From Prorocentrum cordatum (Eukaryota), in NCBI GenBank assembly GCA_963575745.1, contig CAUYUJ010000003.1, positions 744,001-808,000 of the forward strand: a stretch of DNA of 64,000 nt. The letters are read 5' to 3'. Within the stretch, counting starts at the first letter, position 1; each line of letters starts with the position of its first letter. The notes under the pieces were generated by a model. The model was given only the letters and a program-made list of their open reading frames with translations. It did no database searches and had not been told where the DNA came from. The position numbers and the translations under genes are program-made. Below, one piece after another: positions 51,565 through 62,880 of the stretch.

Positions 51565-54500
51565 AAAGTTGAAATTAAAGTTAAAGACGGGGCCTTCAAG
51601 GCACAGGGAAAGGAAAACGGGGACAGGGCCAGGCGGGACCAACGTTCCCGAGAGACGCCGAGCCCCAAGCAAGCGAGCCACGCGCGCCTACTCACACGGG
51701 AGCAACAGGCGCGGGCGGACAGGCGGGAAGGCCTTCACTCACTCCCCGACGACTCCGAGCCGCGGCGCGCCAGGCGGCGGCGGACCCTACGGCTCACCAG
51801 GCCGCCGCCAGGCGCGGCGCCCGCGGCTGCGCGCTCCCCCTCGGCGGCCTCACCTGCGCCGAGGGCGCCAGCACTCGGGCCTGGCCGCTGTTGGGGAAGG
51901 CTGGCAGCCGCCGCCTCCGCTGCCCGCGCTGCCGCGGGAGCCGCTGGGCCGCTGCCCGAACTGCTGGCCGCGGCTGAGGCTCCGCCTGCAGGCTCCGCCC
52001 CCATGCCGAGCCACCCCAGGTAGCGCTCCTGGGCGCGTCCTGGCACTGGCCCTTGCGAGCGCAAGGCAGGGGTGCCCTCTGCTCTCACTCTCTGCTTGTC
52101 CGCTCGAGGCCTGCCACCAGGATGGGGCCCTCGCTCCCACGGGCTGCGCTGGTTCCTGCCCGACTTGTTGGTCAGGTAGCTGAGCCCTGGGCACTGCACC
52201 TTCAGGCGAGACTTGCCTCCTGCGTGGCTGCCCAGCACCCTGTAGGCGCCACACTTGGCGCACGCCACGATCTCCTGGGTGTCCCCACCTTCGCCCGCGC
52301 AGGCATAGCTGAGCACGTGCCCCAGGATGCTGAAGGCGACAGCGGTGGCCGAGAGGGCGGCCGTGCTGCTCCCCGTCGAGCGGCTGTCCTCCAGGCGTGG
52401 CCGCGTGGCTGGAGCGCCGCCGCCGAGGGCCTCACCAGCCTGCGGGGGCTCCGCTGCCGCCGCGGACTGCACCTGGCCGATCCCGCCAGCAGGAGGGAAC
52501 CCTTCGCTGCTCAAGGCCGAGCCATCGACGTACTGCTTGCCGTAGTGTCTGCCAACACCAACAGGCGGTCGACTCCACCAGCTACGCATCGCCACGAATG
52601 CGTTGGGAATGGAGGCACCTCGCGCGTGCCGCACCTTCACGTACCGCTCGACTCCTGGCCTGGGCAGCAGCCCGATGGCGCCCCCGAACAACTGCCAAAG
52701 CAAGAGGGGCCTGCAGTAGAGGTTCCGCCTCTCATGGCGGTAGAAGGCCTGCAGAGCACACGTGCTTGCCACCGAGCTCATCGCCCGCGGCTCGAGGGAC
52801 ATGGGATCGAACTCGTCACCGAGGTCCATGACCATGCACCACTCCGGCTCGAGGCACCAGACGACGCTCCACTGGGTTCGCACCACCGCGCCGACGGGCG
52901 AGGCACGGCGCGCACCTGTGGCGGCTGTAGCGCACCTGGCTGCTGTCGCCTCCCGTCCCTGAGCTCGCGCCCTGAGTGGCTGCTCGGTAGGCTGCTGCGG
53001 ATCCGCAATCCTGGCCATCGTCTCGGGATGCCCAGGTACGCCTGCTCTGCCCATGGAGTCGCTCCACTCGCTAGTGCCGAACTCAAGGGCACCAACCACG
53101 TTCTCCTCGGCGCACAGGAGGATGAGGACACAGCTGGGCCCTGCAGCGCGCTCCTGGCCCCTGGGCGGGTCGAGGACGCCCATGTCGTGGAGCTCTACCA
53201 AGTCGCTCTCGACGACCTCGGTGCCGCTCTCGTGCAGCCGCAGGCCCGCCGCACAGGCCTCGCTAGGCGCTCGCTGGCCCTGGCTGCGCCCCTCCGACGC
53301 GGCCCCCAGCGGACCTGCGAGCAGGATGAGAAGCCAGAGGAGCCAAGTCCGCTGCCTCTGCAGCCAGCTCCCGCTTGCATGCCTGGGCCACCGTCGGCCA
53401 CTCGCCCAGCGCCTTGCCGCGCCGCTCGGCTCGGCCTCGCTCCGCTGCTGGCTGAGGCTGCCAGGGGCCGCCGCCGTCCGCGAGATCGCCATCGTCGCTG
53501 CTGATCTCCTCCATGGGGCAGGACTCGGCCCACGGCGCGCGCTTGGGGGCCACTGGGGCCCCCTCGAGCTGCGCCCGCACTGCCTCCATCTGGGCGCGAA
53601 TGGCTGCCCGAGCCACCTCGAAGTTGCTGGAGCCCCATGCCTCTGGCAACTTTTCCAGCTAACCCTGGCACCTGGCTGGCTCCTGTCCACTCGGCTGCGC
53701 GCTGGCGGCGCAGCGCCTCAGCCTCCTCACGGGCTGCCTCCTCTAGCACCTGGAGCGCACGGGTCGCCTCCTCCACCTCCGCGTCGAGCTCCGCGAGCTC
53801 CTCCTGGGCCTTCTGGAGCTGGGCCTCGACGAGGTCGCGCGCCTCCTGCTTCTGCTCGAGCTCCAGGCGGGCTGCCCGGAGCCGCTTCTCACCCTTGCTG
53901 ATGGCGTTCGCCTCCCTGTGGGGCCGCGTCGCCCATGGCAGGGGAGAGGCCTTCTGCTCCGCTGCTGCCTTTTGGGCCCTGACCAACTCGGCACGCTTCG
54001 CCTCCAGCTGGCTGGCCACGACGTCGGTGAAGCAGCCGTCCACTCCGTCGGGCGGCTCGGCCTGCAGCGCCTCGAGCTGCTCGACTGCCGCCTGGAGCCT
54101 CTCGATCGCCGTGGCGCCTCCACCGCTGGGCGTCCCACTCGCTGCCGACGCCGAGGTCTGCGACTTGGTGGAGGCTGCCCGCGAGGCCGCGCCGCGGGCC
54201 TGCCTCTGGGCACGGCGCCCACGTGGCTGATCCACCCAGCCGTCCTTGTCCGCCTTGGGCCTCGCCTTGGCTGGGGGCGTCCCCATCGCCCAAGGCGGGG
54301 CCGCATACCCGCAGCCAAGGCACGAGGTGCGCCAATCCCAGTTCCATCCGCCGCAGCTGCACATCCAGTAGGACTTGCTGCACCTGCTGCTGCCACCGCC
54401 GCGCGGGGACCTCGCCATGGCCACTGCCGCGCTGGCCGAAGGGCTGCGCCTCCGCGCCGCGAAAGCAGGGAGCACAAACACGAAATGCACTGGCCCAAAG

Positions 54501-54585
54501 CGCGGAGACCCTCGCGCTCAGAGCGCCGCGAACGACTCGCGGTCGTCGGGTTCTCCATGGCCTTGAGCCAAAATGGCTACGGATT
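51565..54585 (-). mobile_element. Non-autonomous LINE derivative (ORF1 with RanBP2-like zinc finger and coiled coil, RNase H-like remnant, C-terminal Cys/His domain, no EN or RT) capped by a dinoflagellate spliced leader
   Basis: WMCSCGGWNWDWRTSCLGC. NFE...QM...WAESCP and LGH...CAKCGAY are shared with the 40.6-46.9 kb LINE. (TTTAAC)-like 3' tail. Candidate TSD GTGCTCATG(C/T)GTGTT at 51550-51564 and 54586-54600. Confidence 0.82.
54562..54583 (-). other. Complete genomic copy of the dinoflagellate spliced leader (DinoSL)
   Basis: Reverse complement TCCGTAGCCATTTTGGCTCAAG, 22/22 match to DCCGTAGCCATTTTGGCTCAAG. It is followed by GCCATGG, not by a GT SL-RNA intron. Confidence 0.97.
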
Positions 54586-54954
54586 GTGCTCATGTGTGTT
54601 CTGCCATGCTCCTGCGTGTTCTGCCGCGCTCCTGCTTGTTATGCCGTGTTCTGCCGTGCCCCTCCTGCTCCTGTGGTGTGCCGTGCTTCTGTGTGCTCTG
54701 CCGTGCTCCTGTGTGTGTTCTGCCCTGTTCCTGTGTGGTCTGTGCGTTCTGCCGTGCACCTGCGTGTTCTGCCGTGCTCCTGTGTGTTCTGCCGTGTTAC
54801 TATGTTTTCTGTGTGTTCTGCCGTGCCCCTCGTGCTCATGTGTGTTCTGCCGTGCTCCTGTGTTCTGCTGTGCTCCTGTTTGTTATGTTTTGCTCCTGGT
54901 TGTTCTTTGGGTTCTGCCGTGCTTCTGCGTGTTGGGCTGCCGTGATCCTGCCAA

Positions 54955-57400
54955 TGTTCTGAAGATGTCTCTGGCCAAAAGCTCAGTTGGAACATGCATG
55001 GTCTTAAATCAGCCTTCTCAACATCGTATTGTTTCGAGAATGTCTCAGGCGACATCCCCATGGACATACGTGTGTTACATTCGCTGTTTTCATTGTCTGG
55101 TAGATGTCTCAGGCAAAATGCTTGTGTTTGTGAAAGGCGGTGTTGCGAACAACTCGTGTGTTTTGGATGCATCGGGCGAAATACGCATTTTGAGGAATTT
55201 CGAGGGCGCTCCTGGAGTCATATTTTGGCTCGGTTGGGGCTCGTTGGGGCTCGTTCGGGGCCGTTTCGATGCCATCAAAAACGATGTCAATGCGATGTTA
55301 CACACATCTCGTTTTTGAGGATGTCCCTTGCGAAATCGTCATGGTTAGAAGCCTGGCTTGGGCCATCTGGAAGCCTTTTCAAGAGCGATCCCAAGACGAT
55401 GTTAGAACAGCAGGTTTGAAAACGATGCTTTGGTATACTTTCATTTGTTTGAGGATGTCCCTCGCGAAATCGTCATGTTCGGCAGTCATCAGGGCACTCT
55501 TGGAGCCATATTGGGAGCATATTTGGGCTGTTATTTCTTCATCGTGAAAGCACTTCGCCCCGGGGCCATGAGCGACAACTGCAGGGACCAGGTCTGCGAG
55601 CGAAATAACAGTGCGGCCGACACAGCCACCGGCGCCAGGCGCAGGTGTGACGCTGCCATGTCTTCATCGTTGGGCTGTAATTTCTTCATCGTGAAAGCAC
55701 TTCAAAAATGGTGTCGACACGATGTTGAGAACATCGCATTTTTTTGAGGACGTCCCCAGCGAAATGCAAATTGTCTACCGTGCTCTTTTTTCTGGTCCGC
55801 CGTCCTGCCTCTCATTTTCTGAAGACCTCCCTCGCGGAAACGTAGTTTTCAACATAAGAGGTAGTAATGCACCTCCGTCTACACCTCATTTGGGTTAGGG
55901 TGTCTTAGGCGAAATGCAAATTTTCACAGATGCATGAATTTCGCGGCGATCAGCGTTTCGAGGATGTCTCGAGCGAAACGCTTGTTTCTGTTAAAGGCGG
56001 TGTCGCGGAGATGTCATTTGTGTGAGGATGTCTCAAACGAAATCGCTAGTTTGAGGAACCTGTCTTGACATGAACGGGAAGCGCGTGGAATCGATGAACT
56101 TGGGAAAAACTTGCACCAACATCAAGGTCGCATGTCGCGTAGGCGCTCTTACTGACCGTCCAAAGGGGGCGCCAATTGGAATTCGCGACCCGCGCAAATT
56201 CAGACGTGCCGTTTACCCGACCTTTAAAAACAGGTATCCCATGGAGTTCGCTGCCCGCGCACATTCAGACGTGCCGATGACCCGAACGTTCAAAAAAAAG
56301 ATACCACATGGAGTTCGCTGCCCGCGCGAGATCAGACGTGGCGAGGAGAAGGAAGGGCAGGAGGTGGGATGAGAACGACGAGGGGGAGGTTCAGGAGGAG
56401 GACGAAGACGATGAGCAGGAGGAGAAGGAGGGAGAGGAGGAGGAAGAGGAGGAGAAGAACGTGAAATCGAAGAGCTTGGCAAGAAAGTGCACCAACATCA
56501 AGGCCGCACGTCGCGTAGGCGCTCTTCCCGAGCGTCCACAAGGGGTGCCAAATGGCGTTCATTTCCCGCGCAATTTCAGACGTGCCGCTTGCCCCGAGCG
56601 TCCACAAAAAAGGGTACCACATGGAGTTCACTACCCGCAAAAATTCCGCCGTGCCACACCTCCCGAACGTCAATAACAAGTACCAAGCGGAGTTCGCGTC
56701 TCGCGCAAGTTCAGACGTGCCGCGTACCCGAACGCCCACAAAAAAACGTACCAGGTGGCGGTCGCTACCCGCGCGAGCTCAAACGTGGCGAGGAGGAGGA
56801 ACTGCAGGAGGTGAGGTGGGAAGGAGTAGCAGGAGGAGCAAGAGGAGGACGAATAGGCTGAGCAGGAGGAGGAAGAGGGGGAGAAGGAGGAGGAAGAGGA
56901 ATAGAAAAGAGATACAAGGAGAATGACGAGGAATAGGAGGAGGAACATAAGATGAAAAACGAGGACGAGGAGGAAATCTGATGGTATCGAGGACCCGTCC
57001 GAAGGCAATGTTTGGAGGATGTCTCAGGCGAAACGCTCTGATTTTAACAAATCGGTTGAACGCTCATGGGTGTTTCAATCATTTCGCCATGCTCGGCCAT
57101 CTTGGAAGTCATCCGAAATCGCTCTGACAAGATACATAAAACAGCCGTTGCACATCCCACTTGTTCGAATCTGTATCAGGCGAAACGGCCTTCGCCGAAG
57201 ATTCGGCACCTACGCCGTTGATGTCTTCATCCTCGTTTCCCGAGGATGTCTCAGGGGAAACGCACATTCTTAGCATAATGCATCTTGAACGATGGCCTCC
57301 AACATCCCGATTGTGTCAGGATGTCTCATGCGAAATAGCCATTCTGGGTAAGCCTTTTCTCGACATGAACGGGAGGCGATTGAAACCGAACAGCTTAGCA
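54955..57400 (+). repeat. Further GAGGATGTCTC-motif clusters, plus tandem units of about 60 bp (GAGTTCGCTGCCCGCGC...TCAGACGTG) at about 56170-56790
   Basis: Motif at about 54961, 55036, 55101, 55317, 55451, 55746, 55896, 55960, 56024, 57015, 57242 and 57317. Confidence 0.78.
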
Positions 57401-57435
57401 AGGAGGAGGAGGAACAGGAGGGGAAACAAATGCGT

Positions 57436-59345
57436 CATATATATATATATAAGAAAGCAGATTGCTTTGCGACGCGTGGCCGCGCATCACCTTCCTGACG
57501 CCAAAGCGTGTGCAAGGCCTCCTGGCTACCAGCTGCCCTCCTGGCCAGGTCATAAACATTGCGTTCCCAACAGCTCCTCGGTCGGCCTCGTTTGCGGCGA
57601 CCACTCCGCCAGCGCAGATCGAAACTCGCCGGCGCGTGCGCACACACCGTCTCACAACGCTGTCCTCTGGGAGCTGGGCGACTTTGCCCATGAGCACGAC
57701 TTGGCGGTAAGCCACATGGGAACTAAGCTTTTGGTTCTTGCGAGTCTGAAGCACGGTAGCATTGGTAACGTGACTATACTATGAATGTGGGATGCCCGAC
57801 AGTTTGCGCAGGCATCGCGCTGGAAAAGAATCCAACTTTTTACACTCTGGTTTCTTCAAACAGAGCGTGCGCATGCAATACATTGATTTGAACACTACGC
57901 ATGCGTCAAAGAACGTAACATGTTTCTTCAAAGGGACTTTGTTGTGCTCCGATACCTGGCAAAATTCTTCAAAGTCCTGGTCAACTCAGGCCCACCTCCT
58001 CCGCCAAGGCAGAGTAAACCTCCAAAGTCCGTCGTGTTTTCTTTTTGAAGTATTGCCTGACCATCCGGCCGTCGGATGTGGGGCTGGCAGGCGTAGCGGA
58101 ATAATTTCAACTTTGCTCCAGTTTTAAGATAAGCCGTAGTGCTCCCCCGCGTCCCTCGCGCACATCATCAACTGCGAGACAGATGCTTCCTCGGCGCCAA
58201 TGAGAAGTGCGTCGCCCGCGTAGATGAACTCGTCGAAAGGTATGTCGTCATGTCGATGGAGGCCTAGCGTCTGGAAATGTCGCGTCGCGTCGTGCATCAG
58301 CACGCTCATCACGATCGAAAATAAGAACGGAGACAACGGGCAACCCTGAGAGATGCCGAAGGCCTTGGGCCACGGGCAAGAAGTCTCACCATAATCACGG
58401 ACGCAGAAAGTCCTGTTCTCGTAGATCCCTTTTCACGGCAGAGGCGAAGCGTGCTGGAACCCCAGAGCATCTTAATGCCTGAAGAAGTCTCTTGGGTGAC
58501 ACGCTGTCGAAGGCCTTGGCCCAATCAGGGGCGAGCAGGAGCAAGCCTCCGGAGGCCATGTCCCTGGCGTCCTCGATTAGCCGCCTGGCGACGAATAGTG
58601 TTTCCGTGTTCGCCGCCCAGACCGGAATCCAAACTGCGTGCCCCAGATGCGGCCTTCGGCGCCAGCGCGCTTCAAGCGGGAAAGCAAAATCATGGCGTAG
58701 AGCTTGTAACCGATGGGCAAGAGACATATTGGTCTGTAGTTTGCGCAGTCAGCGCTGTCGCACTTTTTGAAAATGGCCGTCACCACTACTTCGTGCCACG
58801 CCTCAGGAACAGATGTCTGTCCAGCATTTGTCGCAAAACAACACAGCCCATTCACATGCCGGTGTGCCTGTATGGCAAATTGCTTTCCGAAATTCGGCGG
58901 GTACGCCGTCCTTCCCGGCGGCGCGCCCTCTCCTCAGCGCGCGCGCTGCCGCGCAGACCTCGGGCTCCGTGATCGCGCCATCCGCGACGGGCAACGAAAG
59001 TCCCAGCGGCTCCGAACTGTCCATCGCAGTTACTGGCCGGAAGGCCCACTGGACTGTGGCGAAGTATTCGGCCAATGTCTGCGCCCGTTCGTCACTATCA
59101 ACTGCTCTGCCCCGTACGTCGCGCAACCACCCTTGAGTCGCACCACGCGGTCTTCGAAGCTTCCGCACCTGCTCCCAATCACCGGTCTCCAGCTGTTTGT
59201 CGAGCCAATTGCTTCTGTCGGTCTTGATGGAAACGTTAATTCTGCCATGTAGTCGCTTCTCGAGATCAGCGCCCCCCTGCCGCCTGGCCTCGTTCCACTG
59301 GGTGATCAGCTCCACAGTGGCGCCCCAGAACCAAACAAAAACGCT
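57436..59345 (-). mobile_element. 5'-truncated, decayed RTE-like LINE with a (TA)n 3' end; related to 17500-20146
   Basis: AAGKDGVPAEF, NYRPICLLPIGYKLYA, QFGFRSGR, DWAKAFDSVS, GISQGCPLSPFLF, IYAGDALLIG. Confidence 0.92.
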
Positions 59346-60469
59346 CTCCAGACCCAGATCCCCGACGTCATGATTTTTCCATGGCGTCGACCCGCTGAGG
59401 TCTAGACTCATTCCCCGGGATCGGTTTTTCATTCTGAGTCGTTCTTTGTCGATCTCGAGGCCCAGCGAGGGCCCCTGGAGGCCGAAAAATCAAAAAAAAA
59501 AAAACTCCCGCCGCGAAAATTGTTCGTGACGCTTCGAGGGGGGCTGGGGAGGATGAACGACTGGCCGCCCCGGCTTCTTCCTGGGCGTCAGAGGTCAGGG
59601 TCTGGAACCCTATTTGGCGGCGTGCACTAGGGGGTAGGGGGAGGGGGGGGATACGCTTCTTAGAAGAAGGCTGCTTCTTAGAAGGCGCCGCCCCTACATC
59701 TACAGACAAGGCCCGCGCCTTCTAAGGAGCAGCCTCCGTCTAAGAAGCTGAAGGCACCCAGGGACGCACAAACAAGTAGATACCAATCCCAGGATTGCCT
59801 ATAGTTTCCAATATGTTTTGGAGTGTCGTCTTCCCCTCCATTTGTCAAATTTTGCATGTTGTCGGGGGATCGACGCTTATGTGTGTCTGTGCTTATTTTC
59901 CGCCTGAGGAACCTGCCCCGCTCCCCCTGACCCCATCTGCGCGCCGCCGACCGCCGAAAAAGCCCAGCGCAGATCCAGGAAAATCCCCGCGGAGGGATGG
60001 AGGAGGAGGAGGGAGGGAGGAGGGCGGAGGAGGAGGATGAGGCTCCGAAAATTTAGGCTTACGCAGTTATTTGCTAGCCGCTCTCTGCGTAGCACTGGTA
60101 GCCGCTGCCCCGTTGGAGGTCGGACAAAGACGTGGCACAAAGGGCCCCTCTGGCGTGAGAGAGCACGGCGGGAGGTTACTCGACTTCGGCCTTCAATGGG
60201 GCCCTCGCCCAGCCATCAGACTGTGAAAACAGCTTGGGATAAAACGTCGGCGCCCTCCTCCTCCTCCTCCTCCTCCTCCTCCCTGCGCTTCCTCCTCCTC
60301 CTCATCCTCCTGTTCTCCCCCCTCCATTCATTTTCCTTCTACATCATTTCCCCCTGTCGCACCTCGAGGCAAGTTCTTAGGGCGGGCCAAGCGTTTCGCT
60401 TGAGGCCTCCTCACCATTTATGACTCTGAAGCTTAAACCAAGGCAACAGATTCACATATGGAGGGCGGA

Positions 60470-60960
60470 TGGTTTTCAAAACGTAGCTCTCGCGTCAGCG
60501 CCGCGCACCTTCGGATTAAAAAATTGCCAGAGCTTCACGGATTGAAAACGGCTCCGTTTCAAAATGTGGCTCTCATTTTAGCGCCGCGCAAATTCGGTTA
60601 AACATTTGCAAGAGCTTTACGAATCGAAAGCGAGTGGTTTTCAAAAAGTGGCTCTCGTTTTGGCGCCGCGCGCATTCGTTCTAAACATGTGCAAGAGCTT
60701 CACGGATTGAGGGTGGCTCCTTTTCAAAATGTGGCTCTCGCCTCAGCGCCGCGCACCTTCGGTTTAAGAATTTGCCAGAATTTCGCGGATCGAAGACGGT
60801 TCCTTTTCAAAATGTGGATCTCATTTGGGCGCCGCGCAAATTCGGTTTAAACGTTTGCAAGAGCTTCACGGATTGAGTGAGGGCGTTTTTTTCAAAATGT
60901 GGCTCTCGCCTTACTTAGGGCCGCGCACACTGATTCAAAGCATTGCGAATGTTTAACGGA
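60470..60960. repeat. Tandem repeat, about 83 bp x 6 (TTTCAAAATGTGGCTCTC...GCGCCGCGCA...AGAGCTTCACGGATTGA)
   Basis: Anchor near 60473, 60556, 60638, 60721, 60804 and 60889. Confidence 0.9.
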
Positions 60961-61440
60961 TTCCCATGATCGGCGTACCAGAAATTGTGTTTTGGAAGGA
61001 TTCAGGATTACGCGGGCGCAACAGCTATGTTGACTCGCGGTGCTGAAGTCCCAGAATTGGTGCTCTGGCACGATTCCAGATCGTCAGGACGCAGCAGTCA
61101 GGTTGATCCGTGGCGTGGAAATCCACAGAACCAGGTTTCGGCATGCTTCAAGGTCTTGAAACGGGTGTCTTCCAACGAGGCAGTTCCCTCAATGGAACTG
61201 AACCGTTGTAGGAGGGAGCTTGGAGGGAGGCTTAATTCCAACACCGTTGATGACTCTTGGGTTTACACTGGTCCTCGTCCTTCTCCTCCTCCTCATGCTC
61301 TTCACCCCCCTTCTTCCTCCTCCTCCTCCTCCTCCGCCTCATGCTCTTCACTACCCCTCTTCCTACTCTCCCCTCTTTCCCTCCTCCTCATCCTCCTCCT
61401 GCTCCTCCTCCTCCTCGTCCTCCTCCTCCTCCTCCTCCTC

Positions 61441-61471
<31 letters not shown>

Positions 61472-62489
61472 ACCTCCTCCTCCTCCTCCTCCTCCTCCTC
61501 CTCCTCCTCGTGTTCCCCCTCGTGTTCCCCCTCTTCCAGTTCTCCCTCTTCCTCATACTCCCCCTAGACGACAAAAGCACCGATCCCGAAGCACAGGATA
61601 CACAGGCACAAAGTGGCCAGCCCAGGCATCCTGGAAACTCTGCATACCAAAATGCCGGCATCCCCAAATAGGGAGCACCGCACCTCTTGCTCCCGCCGGC
61701 GCCCGTTAGCCCCCCGCCCGCTCCATTTCTGCCGACCCTCCAGCAGCTTCCGCCAAGGGCGAGATGCCAACTTCTCGATCCCTCGACGGCGAGGCCCATC
61801 GCGTGGGGCTGTCGCACGCCCTCCTGCCGCCAGGGCGGGGCGCGCTCGGGGGTCCTCGTCGTTGGCCACCGCGACGAGCTCCCTGGTCGTACCACCTCTG
61901 CTGCGCCCCGCAGGGATACAGTCGAGCTACCGCATTCACGGGACGCTAAATGCGGCGGGGGCGGTCGTCAAGGAACGTCCAGGAGTCTTCAGACTCTGGG
62001 GGATTCCCTGAAGGCGACAAAGATACCCATGGCCAATCCACGAGTGGAGCTCCACCGGCTTCCAGAGCCTGGATTCCTGGTCCAAAGGTTCCTTCCTCCA
62101 GTGCCCAAACCGTAAGGAACGAGAACCAATTTTGGGCCCAGGCAGCGCCTGGGTGTAAGACAAACGCTAGAGTAGTTACGGGCCTGTTTGTTTCAGCGTT
62201 TTTACTGTACTCGCTTCTGGCTGTCCAGGCCGTGGCCCGTCCATGACGCAGGCGCAAGATCTGCACACCGCGCACCTCTCACCACGATCACTTCTCACTG
62301 CTTCTGCGTCTGGCTGCCCCTGGCCCTGAGATTGATGCGGCGAGCCCTGGGCCGACTGAGCCAGAGACTGGGTAAGCGCATTGCCGACCCGGAAAACCTC
62401 AGCGTTTACAGGTGACTGGTTTGACCGAGCTCCTCACTCACGCCCACCCTGTAAGATCGGTCAGTATCGAATCGAATCGGGAAATGGGA

Positions 62490-62880
62490 CCGAGTCCCGG
62501 CCTGCGTCGGATCGGGGGCGCAAGCTCGATCCGCCTGAATCTCCATCCGCCCGGCTCGATTCGCCCGGCTCGATTCGCCTAGGCTCAGTTCGCCGACTCT
62601 CGACTCGCCCGGCTCCGCCCGCCCGACCCGACTTGGCCGTTAGGGTCCGTCTGCCCGACTCAATCCGCCCGCTCGGGTCCGCCCGCCCGACGCGACTCGC
62701 CTGTTAGGGCTCGCGCGCGTTAACTCGATGACGCGCCCTACTTTAATGTCCCGCCCGCCCGACCCGCGCCGACGTTAGGGTGCACCCCCGCCCGACCCAC
62801 CCCGCCCGTTAGGGTCCGCCCGCCCGACCCGATCCGCCCGCTAGGGTTCGCGCGTGCTACCTCGATGATGCGCCCTAACC
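62490..62880. repeat. GC-rich minisatellite with interspersed GTTAGGG and CCCGCCCGAC motifs
   Basis: TTAGGG at about 62640, 62704, 62775 and 62809. Confidence 0.7.

Noticed and set aside
49154..52183. 450-aa and 455-aa plus-strand ORFs
   Set aside because: Read-through of tandem repeats, (GAC)n and the Cys/Val-rich minisatellite
54562..54583. SL RNA gene
   Set aside because: No GT donor or SL intron follows the 22-mer. It runs directly into retroelement sequence, as expected for a reverse-transcribed trans-spliced RNA.
55219..55232. ATTTTGGCTC as a relic spliced leader
   Set aside because: Only about 10 nt match, inside a repeat, with no CAAG end and no downstream gene
47300..57400. True CRISPR array
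   Set aside because: Repeats are degenerate and non-palindromic, spacers recur between clusters, there are no cas-like ORFs, and the context is eukaryotic. Kept only as an unusual repeat architecture.
62630..62880. Telomere or interstitial telomeric array
   Set aside because: TTAGGG occurs as isolated units inside a longer minisatellite, not as tandem TTTAGGG
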